64,000 bases of DNA from Balanoglossus misakiensis (Eukaryota; Animalia; Hemichordata). The position numbers and the translations under genes are program-made. A model generated the notes under the pieces. That model was not told where the DNA came from. It saw only the letters and a list, made by a program, of their open reading frames with translations, and did not search any database. Within the stretch, counting starts at the first letter, position 1. The number at the start of each line of letters is the position of its first letter. The stretch lies in NCBI GenBank assembly GCA_040954595.2, contig CM082589.2:5949186-6013185 (forward strand), given 5' to 3'. Below are positions 51,768-64,000 of this stretch, piece after piece.

Positions 51768-53488
51768 TCACGTCGATAATATACCCCTTATGAATTCTGT
51801 ATGAGAAAATAACAGAAAGAATTAATTGTAAACCAACAAATCTATTTGTACATGTATTCAGTGTACAAATTATGCGAAACCTGTCCATACGGGTCGCGAA
51901 AGACAATCTATTTGGTTGGGGGCAGTCATCTTGGGGGTATTTTTTGAAATTACACCAAAAGTTGGAAGACCACTCCGAGAAACATGGCATGAATTAAACA
52001 AAAAGAATTGCGAATTTTTACTAAGCTTACCGTCATATTTGATGAGGCCATCATTATCAGTGTCAAGGTCAGCTATCAATTCATCGACTTCTGTGTCGGA
52101 TAGTTTTTCGCCCAGTTGGGTTAAAACACTTCTGATTTCTGAGGTTTTGATGAAGCCATTTCCGTCCTTGTTGAAGACTCGAAACGCTCGTATCGTTTCT
52201 TCTTTTTCGTTGTCTTCTCCTTTGCTAATCCGGCTTGCCATGATAGTCAGGAATTCCGGGAAATCAATGTTGTCCGTTTCCACAAAAACAGCTGTCATAT
52301 AAAAAAAGACTCGCCCTTCAATAGTCAACATACAGTTTAATTTATATCATCAATGCATTGGCAGGAGTTTATGGGGTATTATTTAAAAGTATGAAACACT
52401 CGACGCCAACGAGAAAATTTAAGTTTGCGCCATTCAAATAAATGATGATAACTTCTCAAACGTTTTGTCTTGTCAACATTATTGATCGTTTGCCCAACTC
52501 ACCATCTTTTCTGTTTCTGATTATTTCTCGAATCTCGCGCTCCGTGATCAAAGGTCCCGTTATTCGCAGAATATTTTCCAATTCCCTGACGTTGATGGCG
52601 CCGTCTTCGTCCTTGTCAAACAACGAGAACACCTCCTTCAGTCCTGGCGTTGAGAGAAAAGTGTTTGCTTTGATGTTATCGTTGTGTGCGCATAACAAAA
52701 GAGTGGGGAAAAGATTCACGAAATAAATTTGCAAAATATGACAGGTATGCGACATGAAAATGATGACAGACATCTGTGCGTTCACACGGAATAAAACTGA
52801 CCACGATCTGAAACCATTTATCCAGTGGCACGAATTCGGGTGATTTTAACAGCAATATGTTATTAATATAACAACTGTTTGTATAACTCTTTCGCATAGA
52901 CTAGTTAAATATCAATGGATATATACAAGTCACAAACTTCACTAAAATGCGGAACTTATATATCGATTACAACATTGGCAGTCGCAGAAAAAATACAAGT
53001 GAACAATAATGCAAACTTCACATCACCGGTACGCATTGCTAATCATGCTAAGTTGTATGAAATAATATTAACCCACAAAAACGTGGGCACATTGAGGCAA
53101 CTTACTCGCTATCTGCTTTTCCGACAACATGTTGAACTGCAGAAGATAAAATAAACAATAATAGTTAAATGCGAAAGGATTGAAACCTGATTAGAAAACT
53201 TATGCGAAATTCAGATTATTGTACAAAGGTACCGTTATACGTGCAATGCCTAAATATCCTGAACAAAGAAATCGTATACTCTGGCATATGGTTCAAACTA
53301 ATTTATGACCTCTGAACCCTGATAGTTTGGTTATTCATTAAGCTATGATGCAAACCACTGGTACTGTATATCAAGGAATGCAAAAGGTATTATTCTCAAA
53401 GTAATCGGGACTGTACATAAAACATAGCGAAACAAAACAGTGCCCTCTTGCGCCGACATGATCCGATCCGTTGTTTGTGCTTTACCAT
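51768..53488 (-). CDS. Divergent calmodulin-like EF-hand protein; exons 53486-53488 (ATG), 53106-53136, 52503-52643, 52031-52291, 51768-51796
   Basis: [118 protein letters not shown]. The intron directly after the ATG is as in calmodulin genes; an alternative in-frame ATG lies at 53130. Confidence 0.85.
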
Positions 53489-53633
53489 GACGTCATCAAA
53501 ACCTGTGCACACATTCCACAGGCAACAATCTTCAGCTGGTTGGACCGAGAGATACCAGAACCGGGAGCGTGAATGCATTTCGCTGAAACTATCCGTAATC
53601 AACCCGATTTGCGCTCAATGATCGAAATCTAAA
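53489..53633. promoter_or_regulatory. Putative bidirectional promoter / 5' UTR region between the calmodulin-like gene and IFT172
   Basis: Divergent ATGs ~145 bp apart; CRE palindrome TGACGTCA at 53488-53495; X-box-like ATTTCCATGGCAAC at 53982-53995 in IFT172 intron 1. Confidence 0.6.
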
Positions 53634-63955
<10,322 letters not shown>

Positions 63956-64000
63956 GTAAGTGTATTTCCAATGAAGAGATGTGCTTGCAACTTTTGTGCT

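Overview
Eukaryotic (animal) genomic DNA with GT-AG introns; AT-rich and TACATGTA-rich, which suggests an invertebrate deuterostome such as a hemichordate or amphioxus (inference only). Eight protein-coding genes were reconstructed by manual splicing. Minus strand, left to right: 5' part of SLC17A9/VNUT, a NUDT3/4 (DIPP) Nudix hydrolase absent from the ORF track, a complete CC2D2A, an HNMT-like SAM methyltransferase, a Golgi CHST-type sulfotransferase, an intron-containing bacterial/fungal-type EgtD/EasF (Methyltransf_33) amino-acid N-alpha-methyltransferase, and a divergent calmodulin-like gene. Plus strand: the 5' part of IFT172, head-to-head with the calmodulin-like gene. Non-coding features are a ~1.9 kb array of ~87-bp internally palindromic units, several TTAA-flanked MITE families (piggyBac-like and Kolobok/T2-like), microsatellites and RFX X-box-like motifs. 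The most interesting signal is the spliced EgtD-family gene with an apparently altered substrate pocket. It lies co-oriented within ~13.5 kb of an HNMT-like methyltransferase and a sulfotransferase, a candidate animal small-molecule (histidine or aromatic betaine, ovothiol-type) methylation locus between two ciliary genes. Family assignments and residue comparisons rest on recalled reference sequences, not database searches.
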